From: Thermoanaerobaculia bacterium
GTDB taxonomy: Bacteria; Acidobacteriota; Thermoanaerobaculia; Multivoradales; JAHEKO01
Reading direction: 5' to 3'
NCBI GenBank assembly: GCA_046756565.1
Contig: JBHHWO010000002.1
Location: forward strand, 1,141-65,140
Length of the DNA: 64,000 nt
The translations under genes and the position numbers were made by a program. The notes under the pieces were generated by a model. The model was not told the origin of the DNA and made no database searches. It was given only the letters and a program-made list of their open reading frames with translations. This document shows, piece after piece, positions 50,619 to 62,919 of this stretch (position 1 is the stretch's first letter; each line of letters starts with the position of its first letter).

Positions 50619-53156
50619 CTAGAACCGGACGCCCAGCTCGATACCCGCCCGTCGCAGAGATCCCGGGTGAATGAAGGAACCGCCGAACTCGGGCGCAGTG
50701 ATCACTTCCTCTAGATAGTCCTCGTCAGTGACGTTGTCCGCGAATAGCGTGACCGACCAACGCTCTTCCTGCAACCCGACGCGGAAGTCGATCTTCTCGT
50801 AGGCGTCCCGGCGCGTGAGGGAGTAGTCACCGATGCCCAGGGTTGGGAAAAAGACGTTGAACAGCGTTACCCGCTCGTTGTTCTGGACCGTGTGAAACCA
50901 GGTGTCCCCGACCATGGTCAGATAGGCGCTGGCGTTGAATACCCACCGATCGGTAACCGGCTTGCTGAAGTCGAGAGCCAGGTTGGCGGTCATGTCCGGT
51001 GTGTATGGAGACTCATTGCCGACAGTCGCGGGCCGCGACGAGTTCGCGTCGATCTCACTGTCGGTCACGTTGACGCCGGCCGAGACATTGAGATGGTTGC
51101 CGGCTCTCCAGCCGAAGCCCAACTCGTAGCCCTGGATCGACACCTCATCGATATTCGACACGACTCTCAACAAGCCGAACGGGCCCACCAAGAACTCGAA
51201 AAATTGCATGTCGTCGACAGAGACATCGTAGAAAGCCCCTTCGAGATAGAAGTCGTCGGTGACATCGGATTTGAAGCCCAGCTCGAAGGCACTGGAAGTC
51301 TCCTTTTCGAACCGATCTTCGATCAGGAGATCCGCGCCCAGCAGCGTGTTGATGAACAGGTTCACGGTCGCGTTAGAGCCCTGGTTATTGAAGCCACCGC
51401 TCTTGAAGCCGACGCCCCAGCTCCCGAAAAGGGTCGTCGAGTCGCCGGTGTCCCAAGTCAGACTCACCTTGGGCTGAAACTCCTCGAAAGTCTCGCTCTG
51501 GGGAACAATGCCACCCGGGTTCAGGAACGGATCGAGCCCCGGATTCAGTGGCGCGTCGCCCGTGAACATCCCGTCCAGGCTAAAGTCCACGTGCTGAGTG
51601 CGCGCGTCGGTTGGGACGAGATTCCGGACCGCGCGATCTTCCTGGTCGAAGCGAAGGGCCACTGAGAGCTCGACGTCCTCGCTGACGTCGTAGCGAACGG
51701 CGCCGAAGAGCGCGGTGACCTCGGTCTGGAAGTTGTCGTGTACGAGTTGCTCGGTGGGATTGGCGCCGCTTTGCGGCACGAACAGGCTCTCGACGACGCC
51801 CTGGCCCTGATCGATGCCCAGGTTGACGCCGACTTCGCGATCGATGTCCAGGTAGTAGACACCGGCCTGCCAGCGCAGTCGGTCGTTGGCCTCGCCCGAG
51901 AGCCGCGCTTCGAAGCTCAGATCCTCCTGATTGCGGACCTGGAACTGGGTTCCGTCGCAGCTCGTCGGAGTGTACGGCCCGAAGATCGAGGCCTCGGGAA
52001 CCGGAGCCAGGATCTGAGGTAGAGGTAACGTCACTCCCTGAGCGGAGAGCGCAGCTGTCGTGTCACGGCACGTGGGCTCGAACCAGAAGAAACCGAACGC
52101 TCCGCTGGTACCGTCGGCGAAAAACTGGTTCTGGATGTCGCTGTAGAGAACCCATGCCGTCAGGTCGCCCCAGTCGAACTCCCGATCCAGCTTGGCCGAG
52201 AGCTCGAGCGCCTCTTGATCGTTCTTCGGGTCGATGTTGGGTTGAAATACGAACTCGTGAGCATTGACGTCCTCGTGCAACGGCGGCAGTCCAAAGGCGC
52301 CGGCAAGTCCCGGCAGCGCGAAAGCGGCATTGAATGTGATCGAGGCCGCTTCGACCTCTCCGTAGCGAGCCTTGAGATCCCAGCTAGTGCGGTCGTCGGG
52401 CTCCAGAACCAGGCGACCACCGAAGTTGAACGCCTCGAAGTCATCGACGATATCGCCGCCCTGAAAGGTGTTGGTGTAGAAGCCATCGCTCGACCGCCAG
52501 TCCGCGTTGAGTTGGTACTTGGCGCCACTGCCCCCCGCCGGTCCTCCGAAGGTCACCGACCCCAGTGTCGTCGAGTCCTCCGCGAAACCAAGCCTGAGCT
52601 CGCCCGAGAACTCGTCGCCGGGCTGCTGGGTCGTGACAATCATGGCTCCGGCGGCGGCATTGCGCCCGTAGAGCGCGCCCTGGGGTCCCTTGAGGACCTC
52701 GATCTGCCTCAGGTTCCCGTACTCCCGGTTGAACGCCGCCGGGTTGGTCATCAGGATCCCGTCGACAATGAAAGCGAAGCTGTTTTCGGCATCGCGCGAG
52801 CCGTTGATGCCGCGAATGTTCACCTGTGTGTCCGCAACCTCGGCCGCATTGACCATGGATACTCCCGGCACGAGCTTGATGAAGTCCTCGGCCCGTTTGA
52901 CTCCAACGGCTTCGATCTGGGCATCGGTCAGAACCGAGACCGTGGCGGGCACGTCTTGCAGCACCTCCTCGGTTTGCCGGGCCGTCACCGTGATGACCTC
53001 CTTGACTTCCTCCTGCGGGGCCTGCCCTTCGTCATCGGCCGAACCGGTGTCGTCCCGAGCCATCTGAGCCAAAGCCGGAGCCGTCGCGGGTCCCGAGATC
53101 AGGATCGCCAGGCCGATCAGAACGATCAGGAGAATTCTCGTGTTCCAGATTCGCAT
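50619..53156 (-). CDS. TonB-dependent receptor
   Basis: ATG at 53156. Signal peptide. Plug EVITVTARQTEEVLQDVPATVSVL...KGPQGALYGRNAAAGA. Long barrel ending GIELGVRF. Confidence 0.9.
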   Translation of the reverse strand: MRIWNTRILLIVLIGLAILISGPATAPALAQMARDDTGSADDEGQAPQEEVKEVITVTARQTEEVLQDVPATVSVLTDAQIEAVGVKRAEDFIKLVPGVSMVNAAEVADTQVNIRGINGSRDAENSFAFIVDGILMTNPAAFNREYGNLRQIEVLKGPQGALYGRNAAAGAMIVTTQQPGDEFSGELRLGFAEDSTTLGSVTFGGPAGGSGAKYQLNADWRSSDGFYTNTFQGGDIVDDFEAFNFGGRLVLEPDDRTSWDLKARYGEVEAASITFNAAFALPGLAGAFGLPPLHEDVNAHEFVFQPNIDPKNDQEALELSAKLDREFDWGDLTAWVLYSDIQNQFFADGTSGAFGFFWFEPTCRDTTAALSAQGVTLPLPQILAPVPEASIFGPYTPTSCDGTQFQVRNQEDLSFEARLSGEANDRLRWQAGVYYLDIDREVGVNLGIDQGQGVVESLFVPQSGANPTEQLVHDNFQTEVTALFGAVRYDVSEDVELSVALRFDQEDRAVRNLVPTDARTQHVDFSLDGMFTGDAPLNPGLDPFLNPGGIVPQSETFEEFQPKVSLTWDTGDSTTLFGSWGVGFKSGGFNNQGSNATVNLFINTLLGADLLIEDRFEKETSSAFELGFKSDVTDDFYLEGAFYDVSVDDMQFFEFLVGPFGLLRVVSNIDEVSIQGYELGFGWRAGNHLNVSAGVNVTDSEIDANSSRPATVGNESPYTPDMTANLALDFSKPVTDRWVFNASAYLTMVGDTWFHTVQNNERVTLFNVFFPTLGIGDYSLTRRDAYEKIDFRVGLQEERWSVTLFADNVTDEDYLEEVITAPEFGGSFIHPGSLRRAGIELGVRF

Positions 53157-53447
53157 GCGGGTGCCTCCTTTTCTACCGCCGACGCCTCGAATCAAACGCC
53201 TATCGAACGAGCCACGCTCTCACCCTTGCCGGAATCGCTGGATCCAAGCCATAGCCTAGACTCCCGTGCCGGCGTAGGCGCTTGTCTCGAGTGCCCTGTT
53301 GTTATACGGTCTAGTTGTCTAGATGTCAAGATAGATCGGTCGTTTGTTCGGAGCATTGCTTGGCTCGAACACGGTCGATCAGGCAGTTCTTTAACCCACG
53401 CCGCGGCCTCCATGGCCGCTCACAACTAGCCTGAGAGGGAGCAATTC

Positions 53448-55502
<2,055 letters not shown>

Positions 55503-55562
55503 TGGACTGCAACGCCCAACCGCTCGGACGTTACAGTCCGGAAGACGAAAGGTCATAAGAAC

Positions 55563-57467
55563 ATGCAAGGTGTAAAGGTCGCTCAGATTCCGGACATCGA
55601 AGTCGATCCGGTCACACTCGACATCATCGAGGGTGCGCTCAAGAACGCTCGGCACGAAATGGACGCGGTGCTCTTTCGCACCGCCATGAGTCCGGTCATC
55701 CGAGAGCAGCACGACGAGTTTCCGATGATCACCGACCCAAAGGGCCGTATGGTCGTCGGCCAGTTCGGCTCCTACATCTCGGAGATGATGGAGACTTACC
55801 CCGAGCCCGTCGAGCCCGGCGACGTCATCCTGACCAATGACCCCTACAAATGTGGTGGCGCCATCTCGCATGTCAATGACTGGTTGGTGCTGGTACCGAT
55901 CTTCTTCGAGGACGAGTTGATCGGCTGGTCTTCGATGTTCGGCCACATGATGGACATGGGCGGACCGCTCCCGGGCTCGTTACCGACCGGCGCCAAGACG
56001 GTCTACGGCGAAGCCATGATGATCCCGCCGGTCAAGATCTTTCGCCAGGGAGATCCGGTCGACGACGTCATCAACATGATCCTGAACAACGTCCGAATGC
56101 CCGACATGAATCGCGCCGACCTGATGGGCATCGTCGCCGGCTGCCGGACGGCCGAGAAGCGCGTCCACGAGATCTGCAGACGTTTCGGAAAGACCACCTA
56201 CCTCGCCGCCTGCAAGGCGCTTCTCGATCGCACCTACAATGCGATGGCTCAGCTCATCCTGCAGAACATCCCCGAGGAGCCGCAGTCCTTCGAGGACTGG
56301 GTCGATGACGACGGCCGCGGCCACGGACCTTACAAGATGAAGCTCACCATCTGGCGCGAAGGTGACCAGGCGTTCTTCGACTGGTCCGGAACCGACCCGC
56401 AGGCCATGGGGCCGATCAACTTTTATCTCAACGAAGGCATGTTCAAGATGTTCATCGGGGTCTACCTGATCATGGTCTTCGACCCGCAGATCCTGTTCAA
56501 CGACGGCTTCTACCCGCTCTTGCACGTGGTCATCCCGGACGGCAGCCTCCTCCATCCCAAGTTCCCGGCGGCGCTCGGCTGCCGCACCCATGCTCTTACC
56601 CGACTCTTTGATGTCCTGGGTGGCGCGTTGGCGCGCAAGAGTCCCGAGCACACGACCGCCGCAGGCTACGGCACCTCGCCCTACATGCTCTATTCGGGCT
56701 GGGACGGCAACGGGGACTTCTACTACCTGATGGAAATCTCCTACGGTGGAATTCCGGGGCGGCCGATCGGCGATGGCATGGACGGACACTCGTGGTGGCC
56801 ACTTTTCGAGAACATTCCGACCGAGTATCTCGAGTCCTACTATCCGGTGCGCATCGACGGCTACACGACCATCCAGGACTCGGGAGGTGCGGGCCTTCAT
56901 CGTGGCGGCAACGGCATCGAAAAACGCTACGTCTACCTGGAGCCCGGCGAGGTTTCAATCCACGACGATCGTTGGCTCACCTACCCCTGGGGCATCCTCG
57001 GCGGCCTTCCGGGCAAGCGCTCGGAGAAAGTCCTACAGCGAGCCGACGGATCCGAGGAACGCTTGCCCTCCAAGTGCGACGAGGTCCGGGTACAGGCCGG
57101 CGATGTACTCGTCTATAGAACCGCGGGTGGCGGCGGCTGGAAGGACCCGCTCGACCGGCCGGCGGAGCGAGTCGAAGCCGACGTGGCGAAGGGACTCGTA
57201 TCCCAGGCCAAGGCGGAGTCCGACTACGGCGTTCTCATCGCCGATCCCTCCGGTACCGAGAGGCTGCGCGAGACGATGCGCGCCGAACGCGGCGACGTCA
57301 AGGATTTCGACCTGGGTCCGCCGCTCGACGAAATCCTCGCCGCGTGCGAAGAGGAGACCGGACTACAGCCGCCGGCAGCTCAGGAGCCTCTGTCGTGGGC
57401 AAAGATGGAGACCGGCGAAGAGGCGATGAAGCGGGTACGCGAACAGGACAAGCGGGACGCGAGCTAG
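55563..57467 (+). CDS. hyuB: Hydantoinase B/oxoprolinase family, B (alpha) subunit
   Basis: DPVTLDIIEGALKNARHEMDAVLFRTAMSPVIREQHDEF, NDPYKCGGAISHVNDW. 634 aa. Confidence 0.9.
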   Translation: MQGVKVAQIPDIEVDPVTLDIIEGALKNARHEMDAVLFRTAMSPVIREQHDEFPMITDPKGRMVVGQFGSYISEMMETYPEPVEPGDVILTNDPYKCGGAISHVNDWLVLVPIFFEDELIGWSSMFGHMMDMGGPLPGSLPTGAKTVYGEAMMIPPVKIFRQGDPVDDVINMILNNVRMPDMNRADLMGIVAGCRTAEKRVHEICRRFGKTTYLAACKALLDRTYNAMAQLILQNIPEEPQSFEDWVDDDGRGHGPYKMKLTIWREGDQAFFDWSGTDPQAMGPINFYLNEGMFKMFIGVYLIMVFDPQILFNDGFYPLLHVVIPDGSLLHPKFPAALGCRTHALTRLFDVLGGALARKSPEHTTAAGYGTSPYMLYSGWDGNGDFYYLMEISYGGIPGRPIGDGMDGHSWWPLFENIPTEYLESYYPVRIDGYTTIQDSGGAGLHRGGNGIEKRYVYLEPGEVSIHDDRWLTYPWGILGGLPGKRSEKVLQRADGSEERLPSKCDEVRVQAGDVLVYRTAGGGGWKDPLDRPAERVEADVAKGLVSQAKAESDYGVLIADPSGTERLRETMRAERGDVKDFDLGPPLDEILAACEEETGLQPPAAQEPLSWAKMETGEEAMKRVREQDKRDAS

Positions 57468-57472
57468 ATTTC

Positions 57473-58333
57473 GTGACCGAACCATCGGACCGGGCGGAGT
57501 CCAAGCGCCGCCGAGGCGGCGAGAGAGGAAGCCCGGAGCAGAGCGCCCACCGCTTCGCGAGTTCCGGTGTCCCGCTCTACTATCAACTAGCTACCATCCT
57601 GCGAGAGAAGATCGTCAGCCGGGAGTATCGTCCCGGAGACCAGATCCCGCCGGAATCCGAGCTCGTCCGCAGCTACGGAGTCAGCCGCATGACCGTACGG
57701 CAGGCGGTCGCCGGACTCGAGGAAGAGGGCCTCATCCGCAAGGAGCCCGGTCGAGGGACCTTCGTCAGGGAAGACGCGGTCGCCTTCAGTGGAGATCTCG
57801 AGCTCGAGCGGTCGATCGACGACCTGATCTCCATGGGCCAAGCGACCTCGGTCGAGTTGCTCGACCTCAGCGAAACCGACGCTACCCCGAGAGAGACACG
57901 CGATCTCAAGATCGCCGAGGGCTCTCCCGTCATCCGGTGCAAGCGGCTCCGGCTGCTCGACAACGAGCCGTATTGCTACATTGTGAATCACATGCCGACC
58001 GAAATCGGTCGCCGTATCCCAAAACACAACTGGCACACCGGCTCGGTTCTCCAGTTCATTGAAGACGAGTTGGGCATACCGCTGCGGATCGTCAAACAAC
58101 GCGTGCGGGCCACCCTTGCCGAGGCCAACCTTGCGCAGTCGCTCAGGGTGCGGATCGGCGCCCCCCTGCTTCTGGTCGATTACCACATTCGCACTGACGA
58201 CGACCGACCCGTCGAGATGGCCGAGCTTTACTACCGGAGCGACCTCTACTCCTTCACTCTGCACCTCACACGTTCTGACGACGATGATCCGAAGGGTCCG
58301 TGGTCATTGGAAGGCCATCGACTGGAACAGTGA
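57473..58333 (+). CDS. GntR-family (HutC/UTRA subfamily) transcriptional regulator
   Basis: In-frame GTG at 57473 after the hyuB stop (the track start 57344 overlaps hyuB). PLYYQLATILREKIVSREYRPGDQIPPESELVRSYGVSRMTVRQAVAGLEEEGLIRKEPGRGTFV, then a UTRA-like C-terminus. Confidence 0.8.
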   Translation: MTEPSDRAESKRRRGGERGSPEQSAHRFASSGVPLYYQLATILREKIVSREYRPGDQIPPESELVRSYGVSRMTVRQAVAGLEEEGLIRKEPGRGTFVREDAVAFSGDLELERSIDDLISMGQATSVELLDLSETDATPRETRDLKIAEGSPVIRCKRLRLLDNEPYCYIVNHMPTEIGRRIPKHNWHTGSVLQFIEDELGIPLRIVKQRVRATLAEANLAQSLRVRIGAPLLLVDYHIRTDDDRPVEMAELYYRSDLYSFTLHLTRSDDDDPKGPWSLEGHRLEQ

Positions 58334-58351
58334 CAGAGCGAAATCTAAGGA

Positions 58352-59452
58352 TTAGGGCGGGAACAGCACTCGACTCTTGATCTCGAGGGCCAGTATCCGA
58401 TTGAAGTGCTCCGTGGGGTGGAGAGTCTCGGGATCAATATAGAGAGCAGAGCTTGCAGAGTCGAGATTTCGATCCGCTGCCGCAACGTCCTTGGACCAGA
58501 TGTGTGGCACGTGATTCTCTTCGAGCCACTGGCGAAGAAACTCCTCTCGCCAGTCGGTGCCGCCAGACAGCGGGTTGTCCGTGGGACGATCTCCGTGGAA
58601 GACAAGAAAGACGAATCCAAGGTCAGGTCTCCTCAACTCGGCGAGGGCCGCAGAGAGAATCTTCTCGTTGACTTCGAGCTTTTGCTTCCGATAGTGGCTC
58701 TCTCTTCGAAGCCTCAGAGAGAGCCACGACGGCAGCAGATCGCCGAAGACAGCTCGTCTGTACAGGTAGGAAACCACTCGAGGTGGGTGGCTGGCAAAGA
58801 ACGCTTCTGCTTTCTCGTTGATGAGCGTCGCTTCCAGCTCGAGAGCGCCATCCACAACCTGGAAGCGGGGCTTCTGGCCTAGCCGGACCGAGAGAATGCT
58901 GCGGTCAAGGTCGTAAGTGAGCAGACTGAAGACTACGAATGGATCGGAAAAGAGATCTACGGATTTCTGCAAAAGGAGAAAAGACTGGTCCAGGCCGTAG
59001 CCGCCAACTCCGTAGTTGAGCAAGTAGTTCTCGCTGTTGAACTGTGAATCAGCATTGAGCAAGTCTTCGAAGCAGGGAACGCTGTCGGTACAAGCGGCAA
59101 ATGAGTCGCCGTAGAGGAGGACAGGCCGCCGTCGGCCGAGTTGAGGCGAGTCGCGATGACGAAAAGTCGTGCGAGAGAAGTTCCCCACCCAGCCTAGAGC
59201 CGGGTGCGCTCGCCGAGGCGGTTTGAACACGCCATCGAAGATGAAATACAGCTTCCAGTAGAGATCCTCAGAGAGGTAGTCCGCGTAGAGAGCGGGGTCT
59301 CTGAGGCTCTCAAAGCGATCGCCTTCACTGAACAGGACGGTTCGATACCCAAGCTCTACAAAGATGAGAGAAAGGACCAGGGACGCCGCGAGCAAGCAGA
59401 ACGATTGCTGCCGTCGCGTCAGGGCTCGAATGCTCTCAGAACAGGTCACCAC
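58352..59452 (-). CDS. Membrane-anchored hypothetical protein, possibly SGNH/GDSL-like hydrolase fold
   Basis: N-terminal TM helix FCLLAASLVLSLIFVELGY. PVLLYGDSFAACTD resembles SGNH block I. Noticeably lower GC than its neighbours by eye. Confidence 0.45.
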   Translation of the reverse strand: MVTCSESIRALTRRQQSFCLLAASLVLSLIFVELGYRTVLFSEGDRFESLRDPALYADYLSEDLYWKLYFIFDGVFKPPRRAHPALGWVGNFSRTTFRHRDSPQLGRRRPVLLYGDSFAACTDSVPCFEDLLNADSQFNSENYLLNYGVGGYGLDQSFLLLQKSVDLFSDPFVVFSLLTYDLDRSILSVRLGQKPRFQVVDGALELEATLINEKAEAFFASHPPRVVSYLYRRAVFGDLLPSWLSLRLRRESHYRKQKLEVNEKILSAALAELRRPDLGFVFLVFHGDRPTDNPLSGGTDWREEFLRQWLEENHVPHIWSKDVAAADRNLDSASSALYIDPETLHPTEHFNRILALEIKSRVLFPP

Positions 59453-59664
59453 TCGCCGCTGTTGGCCAGATTTGCTTCAGCACGCCCGCTCGGAGTCAGG
59501 CTGCCGGGAGGTTCATCCGGCGCAGGAGCTCGTCGAAGCGGGAATCATGCCGAAGCGGTTGAAACCAGTCCCAGACAACGGATCCAAGGAATCCAGGCGT
59601 GCGGAGACTCGTAGTTGAGCCAGTGGAAGGCCTCATCGCGCAGGCTTGCTCCGGTCGACTGGCC

Positions 59665-60543
59665 CTACATGGTCTCGGCCAGGATCTCGCTGAAGATTTC
59701 GAGGTCGAGTCCGATTGGCTGATCGACCAGCGGTCCCCGCTGTAGAACCGGCTCGCTGTCGTCGTAGATCGGACGCTCGTCCTGATACAGCAGCCCGATC
59801 GGGATCTGCTCTCCGAACTCGAGCGACTTCTCCATCGCGGCCATGAAGTCGTTGGTGTCGTGCCCCTGTTCCTCGAGCTTGTAGAGGCGCTCCTTGAACC
59901 AGCCGTAGGTGTTGAGCTTGTTGAAGGTGACACAGGGGCTGAAAACGTCAATAAGCGAGAAGCCCCGGTGGTCGATCGCCGCCGAGACGAGCTGTGACAT
60001 GTGCTTGGGCTCTCCCGAGAAAGCACGCGCCACGTAGGTGGCTCCCGTGGCTAGAGCAAGAGCGAGCGGCTGGATGGGCTTCTCGACGTTTCCACGCGGT
60101 GTGCTCTTGGTCTTGTGTCCTTCGAGAGTGGTCGGCGACGCCTGGCCGGTGGTCAGGCCGTAGATCTCGTTGTCCATGACGATGTAGGTCAGGTTCAGGT
60201 TGCGCCGCATGGCGTGGATGAAGTGCGCCATACCGATGCCGTAGCCGTCGCCGTCGCCACCCACCGCGATGACGTGGAGATCGTGGTTGGCGAGCGCGGC
60301 GCCGGTAGCCACCGGCAGGGCGCGGCCGTGGAGGCTGTGGACGCCATAGGTGCGAATGAACCCCGGCAGGTTGGACGAGCAGCCGATTCCCGACACGACC
60401 AGAACATCGTGCGGCTGGATGCCGAGCTCCAATATGGCTTCCTTGAGCGACTTGAGGACGCCGAAGTCCCCGCATCCGGGGCACCAGTCGGGGTGGACCT
60501 GGCCTTCGAGGTCTTTGATGGATTGGACTTCCAGAATTGCCAT
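59665..60543 (-). CDS. korB: 2-oxoacid:ferredoxin oxidoreductase, beta (TPP-binding) subunit
   Basis: ATG at 60543. WCPGCGDFGVL, VVSGIGCSS, GGDGDGYGIGMAHFIHAMRRNLNLTYIVMDNEIYGLTTGQ. Confidence 0.9.
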   Translation of the reverse strand: MAILEVQSIKDLEGQVHPDWCPGCGDFGVLKSLKEAILELGIQPHDVLVVSGIGCSSNLPGFIRTYGVHSLHGRALPVATGAALANHDLHVIAVGGDGDGYGIGMAHFIHAMRRNLNLTYIVMDNEIYGLTTGQASPTTLEGHKTKSTPRGNVEKPIQPLALALATGATYVARAFSGEPKHMSQLVSAAIDHRGFSLIDVFSPCVTFNKLNTYGWFKERLYKLEEQGHDTNDFMAAMEKSLEFGEQIPIGLLYQDERPIYDDSEPVLQRGPLVDQPIGLDLEIFSEILAETM

Positions 60544-60583
60544 TGGGTTTACCCTTTCCGTTGTGCGCGACCGACAAGAAGAC

Positions 60584-62572
60584 TCACAGCTCCTGCCACC
60601 CGTGGATCGAGCCCGTTTCCATGCCAATGGTGAGCTTGCCCTGGGGCTCGAGGTCGGCACGCCCGACGATCTCGACCTCCCAGACCGGCTCGCCGCGGCC
60701 GTTCTCATCGAGACGCTCCATCCGATTCGGCCGCGACTTGTCGGCCAGGTGGACCCGGATGTAGTGGTACGCGATCTCGCGCGCCTCGTCTTCCTGAACG
60801 CTCAGGTCTTCCGGCCGACCGTCCAGAATCGCCTGGACGCGCTCGACGATACCGCCCGGCTCGAAGGGCTCGCCGTCGTACCTGGTGATCAAATGATCGG
60901 CCGTGAAGCCGGTTTCGGCACGCAGGTGACGGCGGAACTGGCCGGTGAAGTTTCCTTCGACCACGATCGTTCGCCGGCAAGTCTCGAGAATCGCCATAGT
61001 CTCGTTCCCGTGAAAGGGGTGCAGGTACTTGAAGTGCAGCTGATTGGCCGCGATACCCGCCTCGTTCAGACGAGCGACGGCTTCGGCGATGACGCCCCAG
61101 CTGGACCCCCAGCCGATCAGGGTCACGTCGGCCTCGGTCGCTCCCTCGAGCACCGGCGGAGCGAGCGCGGCCAGCACTCCATCCATCTTGCGCATGCGCT
61201 TCTCATGCATCTTGCGTCGTATGGCGGCGTTGGTGTGCTCGTCGCTGATCAGAACACCCTGCTCGTCGTGGTCGTCGGTGGGCGCGACATGAACGGCGCC
61301 CGGGGTGCCCGGCCTCGCCCGGGGCGAGATGCCGGAGGGTGTCAGGCGGTAGCGCTTGTAACCGTCGTTGGCCGACGTGGAGTCGCCGACGTCGGTCACC
61401 CACTCTCCGCGCTCGATCGGCACGTCATGGGTGAGCAGCTCGGGGTCGATGGTGGAGCGGTGCTCCGCCAGTAGCAGGTCGGTCATGATCAGGACCGGTA
61501 GCTGGAACCTCTCGGCCAGGTTGAACGCCTCGACCGCCGTGTAGTAACAGTCACGGGCGTCGCAGGGCGCGATGATCACGCGCGGATAGTCCCCTTGCGA
61601 GGCGCCGTAGATCTGGTTCAAGTCGCCCTGTTCGGTTTTGGTCGGCAAGCCGGTCGAAGGGCCGCCTCGGGTTACATTGACGATCACGACCGGGGTCTCG
61701 ATCATGCCGGCCATGCCAATAGCCTCGGTCATGAGGGCGAAGCCCCCGCCCGACGTCGCGCACATGGCTCGTACTCCCGCCTGCCCGGCTCCAATCGCCA
61801 GATTCACGACCGCGAGCTCGTCTTCCGCTTGTTTGACCACCACGCCTACCTTTTCGCTGTGGGCGGCCAACCAGTGCAGGATGAAAGAGGCCGGGCTCAT
61901 CGGGTAGGCCGAGTAGAATTTGCAGCCTCCGGCTACGGCTCCCAGAGCAGTCGTGAGGTTCCCGGTGACCACCGGGCGGCGTTTACGAGTGAAGTTCCAC
62001 TCGTACCCGAGCGTGTCGGTTTCGCGTACAGCGTGATCGTAGCCCGCTCTCAAGGCCTGCGCGTTCTGGTCGATCACCTCGGCGGGCTTGTGTTTGAAGG
62101 TCTCGGCGATGAGCTCGCGCGTGACCTCGATCTCGAAGCCGGCCAGATGAAGAAGCGCTCCGAGCAGCACGGTGTTCTGCATCACCGGCAGAAGTCGGCC
62201 CATGTCGCGGGTGAGATCCTTTACCGGCACCGCCATGACCTGGACACCGGCTGGGACCAGGCCCGGTTCCCAGCTCACCCGCGACGAATTGAGCAAGATC
62301 GCGCCGCCCGGATCGACCTCACGAGCGTGCCGCTCGAAGCTGTCCTCCCCGAGAACCATCAGCAGATCGAGACGGTCGCCGTGGCTGTGGACCTTGTCCT
62401 CCGAAAACCGCAGCTTGAGCCAGGTGTGGCCGCCTCGGATGAGAGACTGATAGCTGTTGTAGGCGAAAAGATGAAGACCCAGCCGCGCCCCTGATCGCGC
62501 GAGCGTGTCGCCGGTCTTATCGAGGCCGTCGCCTGCAGCGCCGGCGATGCCTACAGTCAGTTCTGTAGCCAT
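60584..62572 (-). CDS. korA: 2-oxoacid:ferredoxin oxidoreductase, alpha subunit (fused gamma-alpha)
   Basis: IAGAAGDGLDKTGDTLAR (gamma-like N-terminus). GNLTTALGAVAGGCKFYSAYPMSPAS, ATSGGGFALMTEAIGMAGMIETPVVIV. Confidence 0.9.
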   Translation of the reverse strand: MATELTVGIAGAAGDGLDKTGDTLARSGARLGLHLFAYNSYQSLIRGGHTWLKLRFSEDKVHSHGDRLDLLMVLGEDSFERHAREVDPGGAILLNSSRVSWEPGLVPAGVQVMAVPVKDLTRDMGRLLPVMQNTVLLGALLHLAGFEIEVTRELIAETFKHKPAEVIDQNAQALRAGYDHAVRETDTLGYEWNFTRKRRPVVTGNLTTALGAVAGGCKFYSAYPMSPASFILHWLAAHSEKVGVVVKQAEDELAVVNLAIGAGQAGVRAMCATSGGGFALMTEAIGMAGMIETPVVIVNVTRGGPSTGLPTKTEQGDLNQIYGASQGDYPRVIIAPCDARDCYYTAVEAFNLAERFQLPVLIMTDLLLAEHRSTIDPELLTHDVPIERGEWVTDVGDSTSANDGYKRYRLTPSGISPRARPGTPGAVHVAPTDDHDEQGVLISDEHTNAAIRRKMHEKRMRKMDGVLAALAPPVLEGATEADVTLIGWGSSWGVIAEAVARLNEAGIAANQLHFKYLHPFHGNETMAILETCRRTIVVEGNFTGQFRRHLRAETGFTADHLITRYDGEPFEPGGIVERVQAILDGRPEDLSVQEDEAREIAYHYIRVHLADKSRPNRMERLDENGRGEPVWEVEIVGRADLEPQGKLTIGMETGSIHGWQEL

Positions 62573-62919
62573 GTCAATTCCGAGATCCGTGACGTAGCTC
62601 TATGTCCGACCGTGAGCTTCAGTGGGTTCTGCTCCCTCTGTCAGGTTGCCTAACACATTATCTTAGCATTACTCAGCGAAGCTCGGGGCGAGGATCGTGG
62701 TACGTCACCCGCACCGAATAACGGTTTTGAAGGCTGGCGAGAGCCAACTGACCACAACAGTCGACAACTCATGCAAATCCCGGTTGAGCGCTGGTTCCCG
62801 GCGAATTGGCCGCTACGTGCGGCCTGATCGCACTTCTCACTCGACGGTCTTCGCTGGCCGAGTCGCGCCGACTGCGGGTGCACAACAAGGCCGGGACGCG
62901 CGGCTGCGCCCGGCCACGC

